DNA from: an uncultured Gammaproteobacteria bacterium
GTDB lineage: Bacteria; Pseudomonadota; Gammaproteobacteria; JAUZRS01
DNA: 64,000 nt
Direction of reading: 5' to 3'
NCBI GenBank assembly: GCA_964615985.1
Contig: CAZTQX010000001.1
Location: 18,978 to 82,977 of the forward strand
Numbering within the stretch: position 1 is the stretch's first letter; each line of letters opens with the position of its first letter. The notes under the pieces were generated by a model, which ran no database searches, was not told where the DNA came from, and saw nothing but the letters and a program-made list of their open reading frames with translations. Below, one piece after another: positions 31,988-40,635 of this stretch. Made by a program: the position numbers and the translations under genes.

Positions 31988-33529
31988 ATGACGACGGCAT
32001 TAGCAATTGACAACGATCTGCAACAGCAGCCCGACGAGGATGAAGAGCGTGCAGAGGAGCAGAGTCAATACGTCACCTTTCAAGTGGAGGATGAGGTGTT
32101 TGGTTTCCCGATGGAGTCGGTGCTGGAGATCATCCGTCTGCCCACCACCGTCGAGGTGCCGCTGACCCCCAAAGCACTGCTGGGGCTGGCCAATTTGCGC
32201 GGCAGCGTCTTACCGATTTTGGATCTGCGCCAAGTGCTGCACCTGAACAAAACAACCTACAACGATGCCAGCCGCGTGATCGTCACCGATGTCGGCTCGC
32301 CGGTGGGGCTGGTGGTGGACAAGGTCGCACGGGTGATGCAGGTGGAGCCAGAGTGCATCGACCGCAATGAACAGGTGCAGAACAACATCGGCGCGGAGCT
32401 GCTGGAGGGCGTGATCAAAGGTGGCAGCGGCGAGGCGCTGATTCAACTGCTGAACGTGGAGCAGTTGATCAAAGAGGAGTTCAGCGTGGTGCTGGCGGTG
32501 GCGCAGTCGGAGAGTGCCGAGCGTGAGGTGGGGCTGCTGATGCAGCACGAGGTGGAAGACGACACCGATCAACTGGTCAGTTTTACCCTAGAGGATCAAG
32601 AGTACGCCTTCAACTTATTGGAGGTGGAAGAGATTGTGCGCTTGCCGGAGCAGATCTCCAGTGTGCCGCGCAGCGACGCGCATATTTTGGGCTTGATGGA
32701 CCTGCGTGGGCGATTGCTGCCGTTGGTGAGTCTGCGCTGTCTGCTGGAGTTTGAAGAGGCGCAGAGCATTGACGAAGAGAGCCGTATTTTGGTCGTGAGC
32801 GTGAAAAATGCGCAGGGCAAAAAAGAGTCGGTGGGGCTGGTGGTGGACGATGTGAAGGAGGTTTTGCGGGTGGAAAAAGCGCTGCAAAACACCATGCCGC
32901 CGTTGCTGAACCGCAACGAAGAGAGTGCCGAAATCAGCTCCATCTGTCGTCTGGAAGGGGGTCAACGCTTGGTCTCGGTATTGACTGCTGAATCGCTTTT
33001 CGCGTTGCCCAGCGTGCAGGCGGCGATTCAGACAAAAGAGAGCGAAGCGGAGGCAGAGAGTGAGGTGAACGAGATGAAAGAGGGTGATGACGAAACAGCG
33101 CAACTGGTGGTGTTTTTGTTGGGGCAGCAAGAGTACGGCGTGAGCATTGATGACATTCAGGAGATTACCCGAGTGCCAGAGACGTTGGATAAGGTGCCGA
33201 AAACAGCGGAGTCCATTGAGGGCATGGTCAATCTGCGCGGCACGGTGCTGCCGGTGTTGGACATGCGCAGCCGTTTTGATATGCAGAAGATGGCGCGCAA
33301 CGACCGGCAGCGGATCATTGTGTTTAATCTCAACGGTACGCGCACCGGTTTTATTGTCGATTCGGTGGCGGAGGTGCTGCGTTTACCACGGGATCAGATC
33401 CAAGTGGCACCGCAACTCTCGGACGATCAAGCACGGATTATGGGACGGGTGATCAACCTGAAAAAAGAGCAGCGCATGATTCAAGTGTTGGCGACCGATG
33501 AATTGTTAGCAGAAGAAGTTGATGCGTAG
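31988..33529 (+). CDS. scaffold protein with three tandem CheW domains
   Basis: 513 aa. The CheW-like block (...LGL.NLRG..LPI.DLR...) occurs three times, at roughly residues 30-170, 190-330 and 370-510. Confidence 0.85.
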   Translation: MTTALAIDNDLQQQPDEDEERAEEQSQYVTFQVEDEVFGFPMESVLEIIRLPTTVEVPLTPKALLGLANLRGSVLPILDLRQVLHLNKTTYNDASRVIVTDVGSPVGLVVDKVARVMQVEPECIDRNEQVQNNIGAELLEGVIKGGSGEALIQLLNVEQLIKEEFSVVLAVAQSESAEREVGLLMQHEVEDDTDQLVSFTLEDQEYAFNLLEVEEIVRLPEQISSVPRSDAHILGLMDLRGRLLPLVSLRCLLEFEEAQSIDEESRILVVSVKNAQGKKESVGLVVDDVKEVLRVEKALQNTMPPLLNRNEESAEISSICRLEGGQRLVSVLTAESLFALPSVQAAIQTKESEAEAESEVNEMKEGDDETAQLVVFLLGQQEYGVSIDDIQEITRVPETLDKVPKTAESIEGMVNLRGTVLPVLDMRSRFDMQKMARNDRQRIIVFNLNGTRTGFIVDSVAEVLRLPRDQIQVAPQLSDDQARIMGRVINLKKEQRMIQVLATDELLAEEVDA

Positions 33530-33591
33530 GTTGGTGCAAAGGAGCAAAGCGACGTGCCCAACATGATTGAGACGATAAAGAGGAGTTAACT

Positions 33592-34668
33592 ATGCGGAAG
33601 GTTTTGGTTGTTGATGACTCAGCATTGATGCGAAAACAGCTGAGTGACATTTTGATGCAGGGCGGTTACGAGGTACAGACCGCTCGTAACGGTGAGGAGG
33701 GGCTGAACAAGATCGCCTCGTTTGATCCGATGGTGGTGACGCTGGATCTGAACATGCCGGTGATGGACGGCATGACCTGTTTGAGTTTGATTATGCAGAA
33801 ATTTCCACGACCGGTGGTGATGGTCTCCTCGCTGACCGAAAAGGGCGCGTTGGCGACCTTTGAGGCCTTGGAGTTGGGGGCGATGGATTATGTCGCCAAA
33901 CCTGGTGGCACGGTTTCGGTCAACATTCGTGAGGTGGCCGAAGATCTGTTGGCCAAGGTCAATGCCGCTGCCTCAGCGCGGATCAGACCCCGTCGAAAAA
34001 TCGCTGTCAAACCAAGGGCGGTGACAAAGAAAAAACCGGTCAACCTTCAGTGTTCGGAGGGGGTGGTGATCATCGGGGTCTCAACCGGTGGGCCACGCAC
34101 TTTGGAAGGGGTGATTGCCGAGCTACCGCAGACGTTCCCCTTGCCGATTGTGGTGGTACAGCACATGCCCGCCAGTTTTACCGGTCTGTTTGCCGAGCGC
34201 TTGAATAAGTTATCGGCAGTGACGGTAATGGAGCTGGATAAGCCGACTTTTTTGGAGGCGGGCACGGTGTTGGTCGCCAAGGGCAATGCCGATGTGAAAT
34301 TGATCCGCCGCAGCGGTCGTTTGATGGCCTGTCTGACTCCCGAGTCAGGGAAGTTTCTTTGGCATCCCAGCGTGGAGCGGTTGGCAAAATCGGTGCAGCA
34401 GGTCTGTGATCCTGAGCGAGTAATTGCGGTGCAGTTGACCGGCATGGGCAGCGACGGCGCACAGACGATGGCAGAGCTGCATCAACAGGGAGCACGCACC
34501 ATCGCCGAGTCGGAGCAGACGGCGGTGGTTTATGGGATGCCGCGTGAATTGGTGGAGCGGGGGGGCGCTGAGAAAATCCTGCCCTGTGACGAGATCGCTG
34601 CGCAGTTGGTGCGCTGGACAAACGAGATGGCCAAAATGACTCAAGCGCGTCAGTTGGCGCACGCTTAG
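33592..34668 (+). CDS. cheB: chemotaxis methylesterase CheB (REC plus methylesterase)
   Basis: MRKVLVVDDSALMRKQL receiver followed by a C-terminal CheB esterase domain (GVSTGGP, GMP). Confidence 0.92.
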   Translation: MRKVLVVDDSALMRKQLSDILMQGGYEVQTARNGEEGLNKIASFDPMVVTLDLNMPVMDGMTCLSLIMQKFPRPVVMVSSLTEKGALATFEALELGAMDYVAKPGGTVSVNIREVAEDLLAKVNAAASARIRPRRKIAVKPRAVTKKKPVNLQCSEGVVIIGVSTGGPRTLEGVIAELPQTFPLPIVVVQHMPASFTGLFAERLNKLSAVTVMELDKPTFLEAGTVLVAKGNADVKLIRRSGRLMACLTPESGKFLWHPSVERLAKSVQQVCDPERVIAVQLTGMGSDGAQTMAELHQQGARTIAESEQTAVVYGMPRELVERGGAEKILPCDEIAAQLVRWTNEMAKMTQARQLAHA

Positions 34669-34677
34669 GAGGATTTA

Positions 34678-35295
34678 ATGGGTTTTAAAAAAGCAGTTAT
34701 TGAAGATGAGTTGGATACCGTGCTGCTGGAGCGTGATTACGTCACCTTGTTGGCGGAGTTGCAGAGCGAGTTGGTGGCCGAGCGCCGCGATGCGGTGCGG
34801 GAATTGGCAGATTATCCGCAGTCGGTGGTGGCGCTGCTGAATGTTTTGGATGAGGAGCCAGATCATCTGGTGCGCGAGGCGTTGCTGATGAGCTTGCAGC
34901 AGATCGGCGGCGAGACGGTGGTCTCGGGTCTGATTAACTTGCTGCGTTCCGAGGATGCGGTGCTGAGAAACGGTGCCATCGAAGTGTTGCAGAGTATGCC
35001 CGAAGGGGTGGCGCTGCACATGTTGGAGCTGCTGAACGATCAAGATTCTGATGTGCGTATTTTTGCCATCGACATTTTGCAGCAGTTGGCGCATCCGCAA
35101 GCACCGGAGTGGTTGCTGTCGGTGCTCAAAGATGAGACTCACATCAATGTCGTGACCACCGCTGTGGATCGGCTGGCGGAGGTGGGGCGACCGGAGATGG
35201 TGCCGGAGTTGGAGGCGATCAAAGCGCGTTTTCCTGATGAACCTTATTTGGCGTTTGCGGTGGATCTTGCCAGCCGCCGCATTGAGAAGGTTTGA
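34678..35295 (+). CDS. HEAT/PBS-lyase-type repeat protein
   Basis: 205 aa of 4-5 HEAT-like repeats (VRxxAxxxL...) sitting between cheB and cheR. Confidence 0.75.
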   Translation: MGFKKAVIEDELDTVLLERDYVTLLAELQSELVAERRDAVRELADYPQSVVALLNVLDEEPDHLVREALLMSLQQIGGETVVSGLINLLRSEDAVLRNGAIEVLQSMPEGVALHMLELLNDQDSDVRIFAIDILQQLAHPQAPEWLLSVLKDETHINVVTTAVDRLAEVGRPEMVPELEAIKARFPDEPYLAFAVDLASRRIEKV

Positions 35296-36158
35296 TTATG
35301 TTGGCCTCTCCTGTGGCACCTTCGCAGAGCTGCATCACCGATGTGGAGTTTGAGCGTTTTCGAGATTTTTTCTATCGTAAAACCGGGATTAAATTTGAGG
35401 GCAGCAAACGTTATTTTGTCGATAAACGTCTGCTGGAGCGGATGCAGCAGACGGGGCACAGCAGTTTTCGCAGCTATTTTACCTTTATGCGTTTTCAAGC
35501 CACGCGGGATGAGCTGCAAGAGCTGATCAACAGCATGACGGTCAATGAGACCTATTTCTTTCGTGAGGAGTATCAATTCAAGTGCATGGCGGAGGAGCTG
35601 CTGAACGAGGTGGTGCGCAACAAAGCCAAGGGTGAGGGGATTCGCATCTGGTCGATCCCTTCTAGCAGTGGCGAAGAGCCGTACTCCATCGCTCTCTATC
35701 TGTTGGAGCATTGGCCTTTGCTGAATAAAATTGATGTGGAGATCTGTTCCTCGGACATCGACAGCAAGATGTTGCAGAACTGTCGCAAGGGTATCTACAG
35801 CCAGCGGTCGGTGAAGCAGTTGCCCAAGGCATTGCTAAAACGCTACTTCAAAGAGCTGCCAGGCGAGCGATTTCAGATTGACCGCGAATTGCGGGAGTCG
35901 ATTCAGTTCACGCAGGTGAACCTCAGTGATCGGGCGCAAGCGCGGCGTTACAGAAACTTTGATCTGATTTTTTGCCGTAACTTATTGATCTACTTCGATG
36001 AAGCCTCACGCCGTCAGGCGGCGGAGCTGTTTTACGATGCGCTGAACCCTGGGGGATATATTTTTCTGGGGCATTCGGAGTCCATGAGTCGGATCTCGTC
36101 GCTGTTTTCGGTGCGTAAATTTTCTAAAGCGCTGGCCTACCAGAAACCGCTTCGATAG
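35292..36158 (+). CDS. cheR: chemotaxis receptor methyltransferase CheR
   Basis: 288 aa SAM-dependent MTase with CheR N- and C-domains (IWSIPSSSGEEPYSIA, FCRNLLIYFD). Confidence 0.92.
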   Translation: MIMLASPVAPSQSCITDVEFERFRDFFYRKTGIKFEGSKRYFVDKRLLERMQQTGHSSFRSYFTFMRFQATRDELQELINSMTVNETYFFREEYQFKCMAEELLNEVVRNKAKGEGIRIWSIPSSSGEEPYSIALYLLEHWPLLNKIDVEICSSDIDSKMLQNCRKGIYSQRSVKQLPKALLKRYFKELPGERFQIDRELRESIQFTQVNLSDRAQARRYRNFDLIFCRNLLIYFDEASRRQAAELFYDALNPGGYIFLGHSESMSRISSLFSVRKFSKALAYQKPLR

Positions 36159-36166
36159 GAGTTGAA

Positions 36167-36541
36167 TTGAGTATGAAAAAAATTCTAATTGTGGACGATG
36201 CGTTAACAGTTCGTCTTTATCACCGTCAGTTGATGGAGGGTTTGGGCTTTGAAGTGGGTGAGGCAGAGAACGGCATCGAGGCGTTGGAAAAGGGTTTGAG
36301 CGAGCCGTTTGATCTCTTTTTGGTGGATGTGAACATGCCGAAAATGGACGGTTATCGACTGGTGGAAGAGATGCGCCAAGATCCGAGTTTGGCCGCTGTG
36401 CCGGTGATTATGATCAGCACCGAGGAGTCAGAGCAGGATCGCGAGAAAGCCTATCTGAGCGGGGCTAATTTTTATGTGGTGAAACCGGCGGATGTGTCGG
36501 AGTTGCAGACCTACGCTACGTTGCTGGCCGGAGGAGTCTAG
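36167..36541 (+). CDS. cheY: single-domain response regulator CheY
   Basis: 124 aa receiver with KKILIVDD, D57-equivalent LFLVDVNMP and K109-equivalent VVKP. Confidence 0.9.
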   Translation: MSMKKILIVDDALTVRLYHRQLMEGLGFEVGEAENGIEALEKGLSEPFDLFLVDVNMPKMDGYRLVEEMRQDPSLAAVPVIMISTEESEQDREKAYLSGANFYVVKPADVSELQTYATLLAGGV

Positions 36542-36543
36542 TT

Positions 36544-39171
36544 ATGGATCCTATATTGGCCTATTTTCTATCGGAATCACGAGAGAATCTGGAGAGTGCA
36601 GGCCGCTGTTTTTTGGAGCTGGAGCAGACTCCTGACGGCAGCGAGTTATTGGATGATCTGTTTCGTGCCATTCACACCATGAAAGGCTCTTCGGGGCTGT
36701 TTGATATTCCGCCGTTTACCAAAACGGTGCATGCCGCTGAGGATCTGTTGGATCAGGTGCGCAGCGGCGAGGTGATCTTGAGCGCGGAACACATCGACTT
36801 GCTGTTGGAGGTGATGGATCAGATCTCACTCTGGTTGGATGAGCTGGAGTCGCAGGGCTGTTTACCCAGCAATGCGCTGGATGCTGGCGAAGGCTTGAGT
36901 GCCGAGTTACGCGCCATCTACCGTTCAGAGTTAGAGCAAGAGTTGCCTGTGGCAGAGGTGACTCCGACTGCGGTTTCTCAAGAGGCCCTTTCAGAAGCGC
37001 CAACATGGTTGCAGCGGGTGGATGACGGCGAGCGTATGGTGCTGTTTGAGATGCTGCAAACACCTGATAAAGAGTTGACGGCGATTGAGTATCGACCCGC
37101 TGCGGGCTGTTTTTTCAGTGGCGATGATCCGTTACACGTCATGCGTAATCTGCCCGATCTCTGCTGGTTGGCGGTGACTTCTGAGAATGAGTGGCCTGTA
37201 GCAGAAGAGAGGGATCTTTATCAGTGTAATCTGCGTTTTTACGCTCTGAGCTGGGCGAGCAAAACGGAGTTGCAGCACTGTTTTCGTTATCAGATTGAGC
37301 GGGTGACGTTGACATCGTTACAGTCTTCGCAGTTGGTGTTTGCTGAGGGTGTTTGGGGTGACGAGGAGCCGTTTGAGCTGTTTTTACAGCAGGTTCCTGA
37401 ATGGGTGGTGGGGCAAGATTGGTCGCGGTTGGCGGTCTTGATTAAGCCGCTGCTGGAGCTGAGCGGCGCTGAGTTACAGCAGACCTCGGTGCTGCGTTGG
37501 CTGCGCCTGTTGTTGCAGCACGACTGCCAAGATGCAGAATTGTTCCGCTCTCTGTTGGAGGTGATGACCGAGGGCATCTTGCTCTGGCCAGAGCAAGATG
37601 AGGCGGTTGCTGTGGCGGTTTCGACAGAGCAGCGCCAAGCGGCACAGCAGGCGTTGCAGACACAGCGGCAGATTTTGAGTATGCCTTGTGGCGAGGGTGC
37701 GATGCAGGGACGCATCGCCTCGGTCTCGATGGTGATGAGCAACATGATGCAGTTGCTGGGAATGTCGGTGGAGCCGTTGTTGGCGGCACGAGATGCCGCA
37801 AGGCAGAGCGATTGTTTAGATCCGCTGTTGCAGTTTTTGCACGGGTTGGATTTTGTTGCGGTGGCCGAGCCAGTTGCAGAATCTAAGCCACGGCAGTCCG
37901 CTTTGGCACCCTTGTCGCTGTTGCCGCCTGCGGTTGAGCGGCGTAAGTCAGAGCGACGGCTGGACAGTCGTCGTCAAGAGCTTGAAATCCCAGCGATAAA
38001 GACCCTGAAGGTGGATCAACAGCGCATCGACAGTCTGATGGATCTGGTGGGTGAGCTGGTGGTGGCGAAAAATGCGCTGCCTTTTTTGGCTAAACGCGCC
38101 GAAGAGCATTTTGGTGTGCGCCAACTGGCCAAGGAGATCAAAAGTCAATACACAGTGATCAATCGCCTTTCGGAAGAGCTGCAAGGGGCGATGATGCAGA
38201 TCCGTATGGTGCCGATCTCCACCGTTTTTCAGCGTTTTCCGCGTTTGGTGCGGGATCTGTCGCGCAAGCTGGATAAACAGGTGGAGCTGAAATTGGAGGG
38301 TGAGGAGACCGAAGCGGATAAAAACGTGGTGGAAAACTTGGCCGATCCGCTGATTCACTTGGTGAGAAACAGCTTGGATCACGGTTTGGAGAGTGTTGAA
38401 GAGCGCCTCAAGGCGGGTAAACCGGCCAACGGCACCATTACTCTACGCGCCATTGGTCAGGATGATCAGGTGGTGATTGAGATTTGCGATGATGGTCGTG
38501 GCATCGATCCTGGAAAAATCAAACACAAAGCCTATCAAAAGGGTCTGTTGGATGAGCAGCGGCTTGACAGCATCAGCGATCATGAGGCATTGCAGTTTAT
38601 TTTTGCCGCTGGTCTTACCACTGCTGAGACGGTTTCTGATCTGTCGGGGCGCGGGGTGGGGATGGATGTGGTGCGCTCGGTGATTCAGGCGGCGGGTGGC
38701 ACGGTGGAGGTGAGCAGCGAATTGGGGCAAGGCAGCACGGTGCGTTTAAGCCTGCCGCTGTCGATGGCGGTCAGTCGCGTGATGATGATTGAGGTGGCGG
38801 AGCAGAGTTACGGCATTTCCATGGAAAACATCATTGAGACGGTACGCATTCCTCGTGCGGCGGTGCAGCGCATCAAGCAGAGCGAGGCGTTGGTGCTGCG
38901 TGAACGCTTGATTCCGCTGTTTTCCTTGCGGATGTTGCTGGGGCTAGCGCCGATGCAGCAGCAGCCAGAAGAGATTGCGGTGTTGGTGATGATGTTGGGC
39001 AAGGAGGAGGTGGCGTTGGTGATTGATGAGTTTCACGAAGGGATTGATATTATTCAAAAACCGTTGGAGGGGGTAATGGCCAATTATCCGTTCTATTCGG
39101 GCGCGACCTTGCTGGGGGATGGGCGGGTGTTGTTGGTGTTGAATACTCCGGAGTTGTTGGCATGTCGATAA
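36544..39171 (+). CDS. cheA: chemotaxis histidine kinase CheA (Hpt, dimerisation, HATPase, CheW-like)
   Basis: 875 aa with Hpt AIHTMKGSSGLFDI, the G-boxes DDGRGID and GRGVGMDVV, and a C-terminal CheW-like domain. A long ~450 aa insert lies between Hpt and the dimerisation domain. Confidence 0.92.
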   Translation: MDPILAYFLSESRENLESAGRCFLELEQTPDGSELLDDLFRAIHTMKGSSGLFDIPPFTKTVHAAEDLLDQVRSGEVILSAEHIDLLLEVMDQISLWLDELESQGCLPSNALDAGEGLSAELRAIYRSELEQELPVAEVTPTAVSQEALSEAPTWLQRVDDGERMVLFEMLQTPDKELTAIEYRPAAGCFFSGDDPLHVMRNLPDLCWLAVTSENEWPVAEERDLYQCNLRFYALSWASKTELQHCFRYQIERVTLTSLQSSQLVFAEGVWGDEEPFELFLQQVPEWVVGQDWSRLAVLIKPLLELSGAELQQTSVLRWLRLLLQHDCQDAELFRSLLEVMTEGILLWPEQDEAVAVAVSTEQRQAAQQALQTQRQILSMPCGEGAMQGRIASVSMVMSNMMQLLGMSVEPLLAARDAARQSDCLDPLLQFLHGLDFVAVAEPVAESKPRQSALAPLSLLPPAVERRKSERRLDSRRQELEIPAIKTLKVDQQRIDSLMDLVGELVVAKNALPFLAKRAEEHFGVRQLAKEIKSQYTVINRLSEELQGAMMQIRMVPISTVFQRFPRLVRDLSRKLDKQVELKLEGEETEADKNVVENLADPLIHLVRNSLDHGLESVEERLKAGKPANGTITLRAIGQDDQVVIEICDDGRGIDPGKIKHKAYQKGLLDEQRLDSISDHEALQFIFAAGLTTAETVSDLSGRGVGMDVVRSVIQAAGGTVEVSSELGQGSTVRLSLPLSMAVSRVMMIEVAEQSYGISMENIIETVRIPRAAVQRIKQSEALVLRERLIPLFSLRMLLGLAPMQQQPEEIAVLVMMLGKEEVALVIDEFHEGIDIIQKPLEGVMANYPFYSGATLLGDGRVLLVLNTPELLACR

Positions 39172-39401
39172 GTTACAAAAAAACCGTGGCCAAGTTGAGT
39201 GATTTTTGCACCATCGAAGAGGCAGAGCCGTTGTGGGAGTGGCTGTTGGCCAACCCCAACGGCAAGCTGAATCTCAAAACCTTGCAGCATCCGCACAGCG
39301 CGGTGTTGCAGGTGATGATGGCCAATCGGATTTCGGTCTCGGTCTGGCCTGACGATGCTCAGATGACTTTTTGGTTGCAGGCGGCGCTGCGGGATGGCTG
39401 A
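39162..39401 (+). CDS. small conserved-position hypothetical protein (79 aa)
   Basis: Overlaps the cheA end by 10 nt and the ParA-like start by 8 nt, which suggests translational coupling. I recognise no motif; a STAS-like fold is speculative. Confidence 0.45.
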   Translation: MSISYKKTVAKLSDFCTIEEAEPLWEWLLANPNGKLNLKTLQHPHSAVLQVMMANRISVSVWPDDAQMTFWLQAALRDG

Positions 39402-40173
39402 GTGGCAACAGCCGTTGACGCTGGCGATCAGCAATCGTAAAGGCGGCTCGGGTAAAACCACCACGGCGGTGAACTTGGCGGCTGAGTGGGGGCGGCAGGG
39501 GCATCGTGTGCTGTTGATTGATCTGGACAGCCAAGGTCATGCCGCCATCGGTGTGGGCTGTCGAGCGGCGCGGCGTTCGGAGGAGCATGTGCATCAACTG
39601 CTGCATCGACCGGAGTTGGCTTTGATGGACTTGGTGCAGTTAACGCCGATTCGTAACGTCTGCTTGGCTCCGGCCAACACTGATTTTTGTGCGCAAGAGC
39701 TGCCGGTGTTGATCTTAAAGCAGGCGTTGCAGAGCGAGGCGGTGGCGGTGGCCTTTGATCGGGTGGTGTTGGATACCCCGCCGACGATGGATTCGTTGTT
39801 GATCAGTGCGTTGGTGGCGGCGCATTCGGTGTTGGTGCCGTTTGTGCCGCACCATTTATCTGCGGTGGGCGTGCGCCAACTGGCGAAGCTGTTTTATAAG
39901 GTGGCGACGCTGCACAATTCTGACTTGAGGTTGTTGGGTCTGCTGCCGATCATGATGGATCGGAAGTTGAAATTGCAGCAGCGGGTGATGGCGGATTTGG
40001 GGCAGCAGTTCGGACGTGAACGAATCTTGCGAGGCATTCGCAGCAACATCAAATTGGCTGAGGCTTTCGAAGCAGGTGAGCCGATTTTTTCCTACGCTCC
40101 GCGCAGTTCAGGGGCGATGGATTATCAGCTAATGGCTGAGGAGTTGGAGCTTTTTTTTAATCGTAAAGAGTGA
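39394..40173 (+). CDS. ParA/MinD-family P-loop ATPase (chemosensory-array partitioning candidate, ParC/PpfA-like)
   Basis: Deviant Walker A ISNRKGGSGKTTTAVNLAA, 259 aa, embedded in the che operon. Confidence 0.85.
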   Translation: MAEWQQPLTLAISNRKGGSGKTTTAVNLAAEWGRQGHRVLLIDLDSQGHAAIGVGCRAARRSEEHVHQLLHRPELALMDLVQLTPIRNVCLAPANTDFCAQELPVLILKQALQSEAVAVAFDRVVLDTPPTMDSLLISALVAAHSVLVPFVPHHLSAVGVRQLAKLFYKVATLHNSDLRLLGLLPIMMDRKLKLQQRVMADLGQQFGRERILRGIRSNIKLAEAFEAGEPIFSYAPRSSGAMDYQLMAEELELFFNRKE

Positions 40174-40176
40174 GGT

Positions 40177-40551
40177 GTGATGATGAAAAAAATCATGTTG
40201 GTGGATGATTCTATGACCCTGTTGATGAGTATGCAGGGCGTTTTGAAACGTGCGGGTTTTGAGGTGGCCACCGCCAGCAGCGGTCATCAGGCGCTGCGAG
40301 ATATGGGGGCGTTTGCTCCGGATATGGTGATCACCGATCTGAATATGCCGGGGATGGATGGCATTGAGTTTATTAGGGAGACGAAAAAATTGGCGGCCAT
40401 GCGTTTTAAACCGATGTTGATGTTGACCACCGAGTCGCAGCAGGGCAAACGCGATGAGGCCAAGCGGGCGGGGGCGATGGGCTGGTTGGTGAAACCGGTG
40501 GCTCCAGAGCAGTTGACTCAGGTGGTGCGGCAGGTGCTGCCAGGAGCGTGA
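40177..40551 (+). CDS. cheY: single-domain response regulator (CheY-like)
   Basis: 124 aa receiver with MKKIMLVDDS, VITDLNMPGMDG and LVKP. Confidence 0.88.
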   Translation: MMMKKIMLVDDSMTLLMSMQGVLKRAGFEVATASSGHQALRDMGAFAPDMVITDLNMPGMDGIEFIRETKKLAAMRFKPMLMLTTESQQGKRDEAKRAGAMGWLVKPVAPEQLTQVVRQVLPGA

Positions 40552-40575
40552 GGCGGTGATTTTTATGAAGAATTT

Positions 40576-40584
40576 TGTTTCCCC
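40576..40584 (+). repeat. C9 homopolymeric tract in the promoter/5' region of the terminal MCP gene
   Basis: ...gttt CCCCCCCCC gagtaaaagtgag... lies 52-60 nt upstream of the ATG at 40636. Confidence 0.9.
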
Positions 40585-40635
40585 CCCCCGAGTAAAAGTG
40601 AGTTTAATTCTTTTGAATGTCAACTGGAAAATAAG

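Noticed and set aside
39177-39184. A8 tract at codons 5-8 of the 79-aa ORF and overlapping the cheA 3' end. Also a T8 tract at 40151-40158 in the ParA-like gene and a G8 tract at 15299-15306 in the Nudix-ThiE gene.
   Set aside because: These are coding homopolymers made of Lys, Phe and Gly codons. Slippage would be deleterious, and they are shorter or less well placed than the intergenic C9 tract. They could still be checked in read data.
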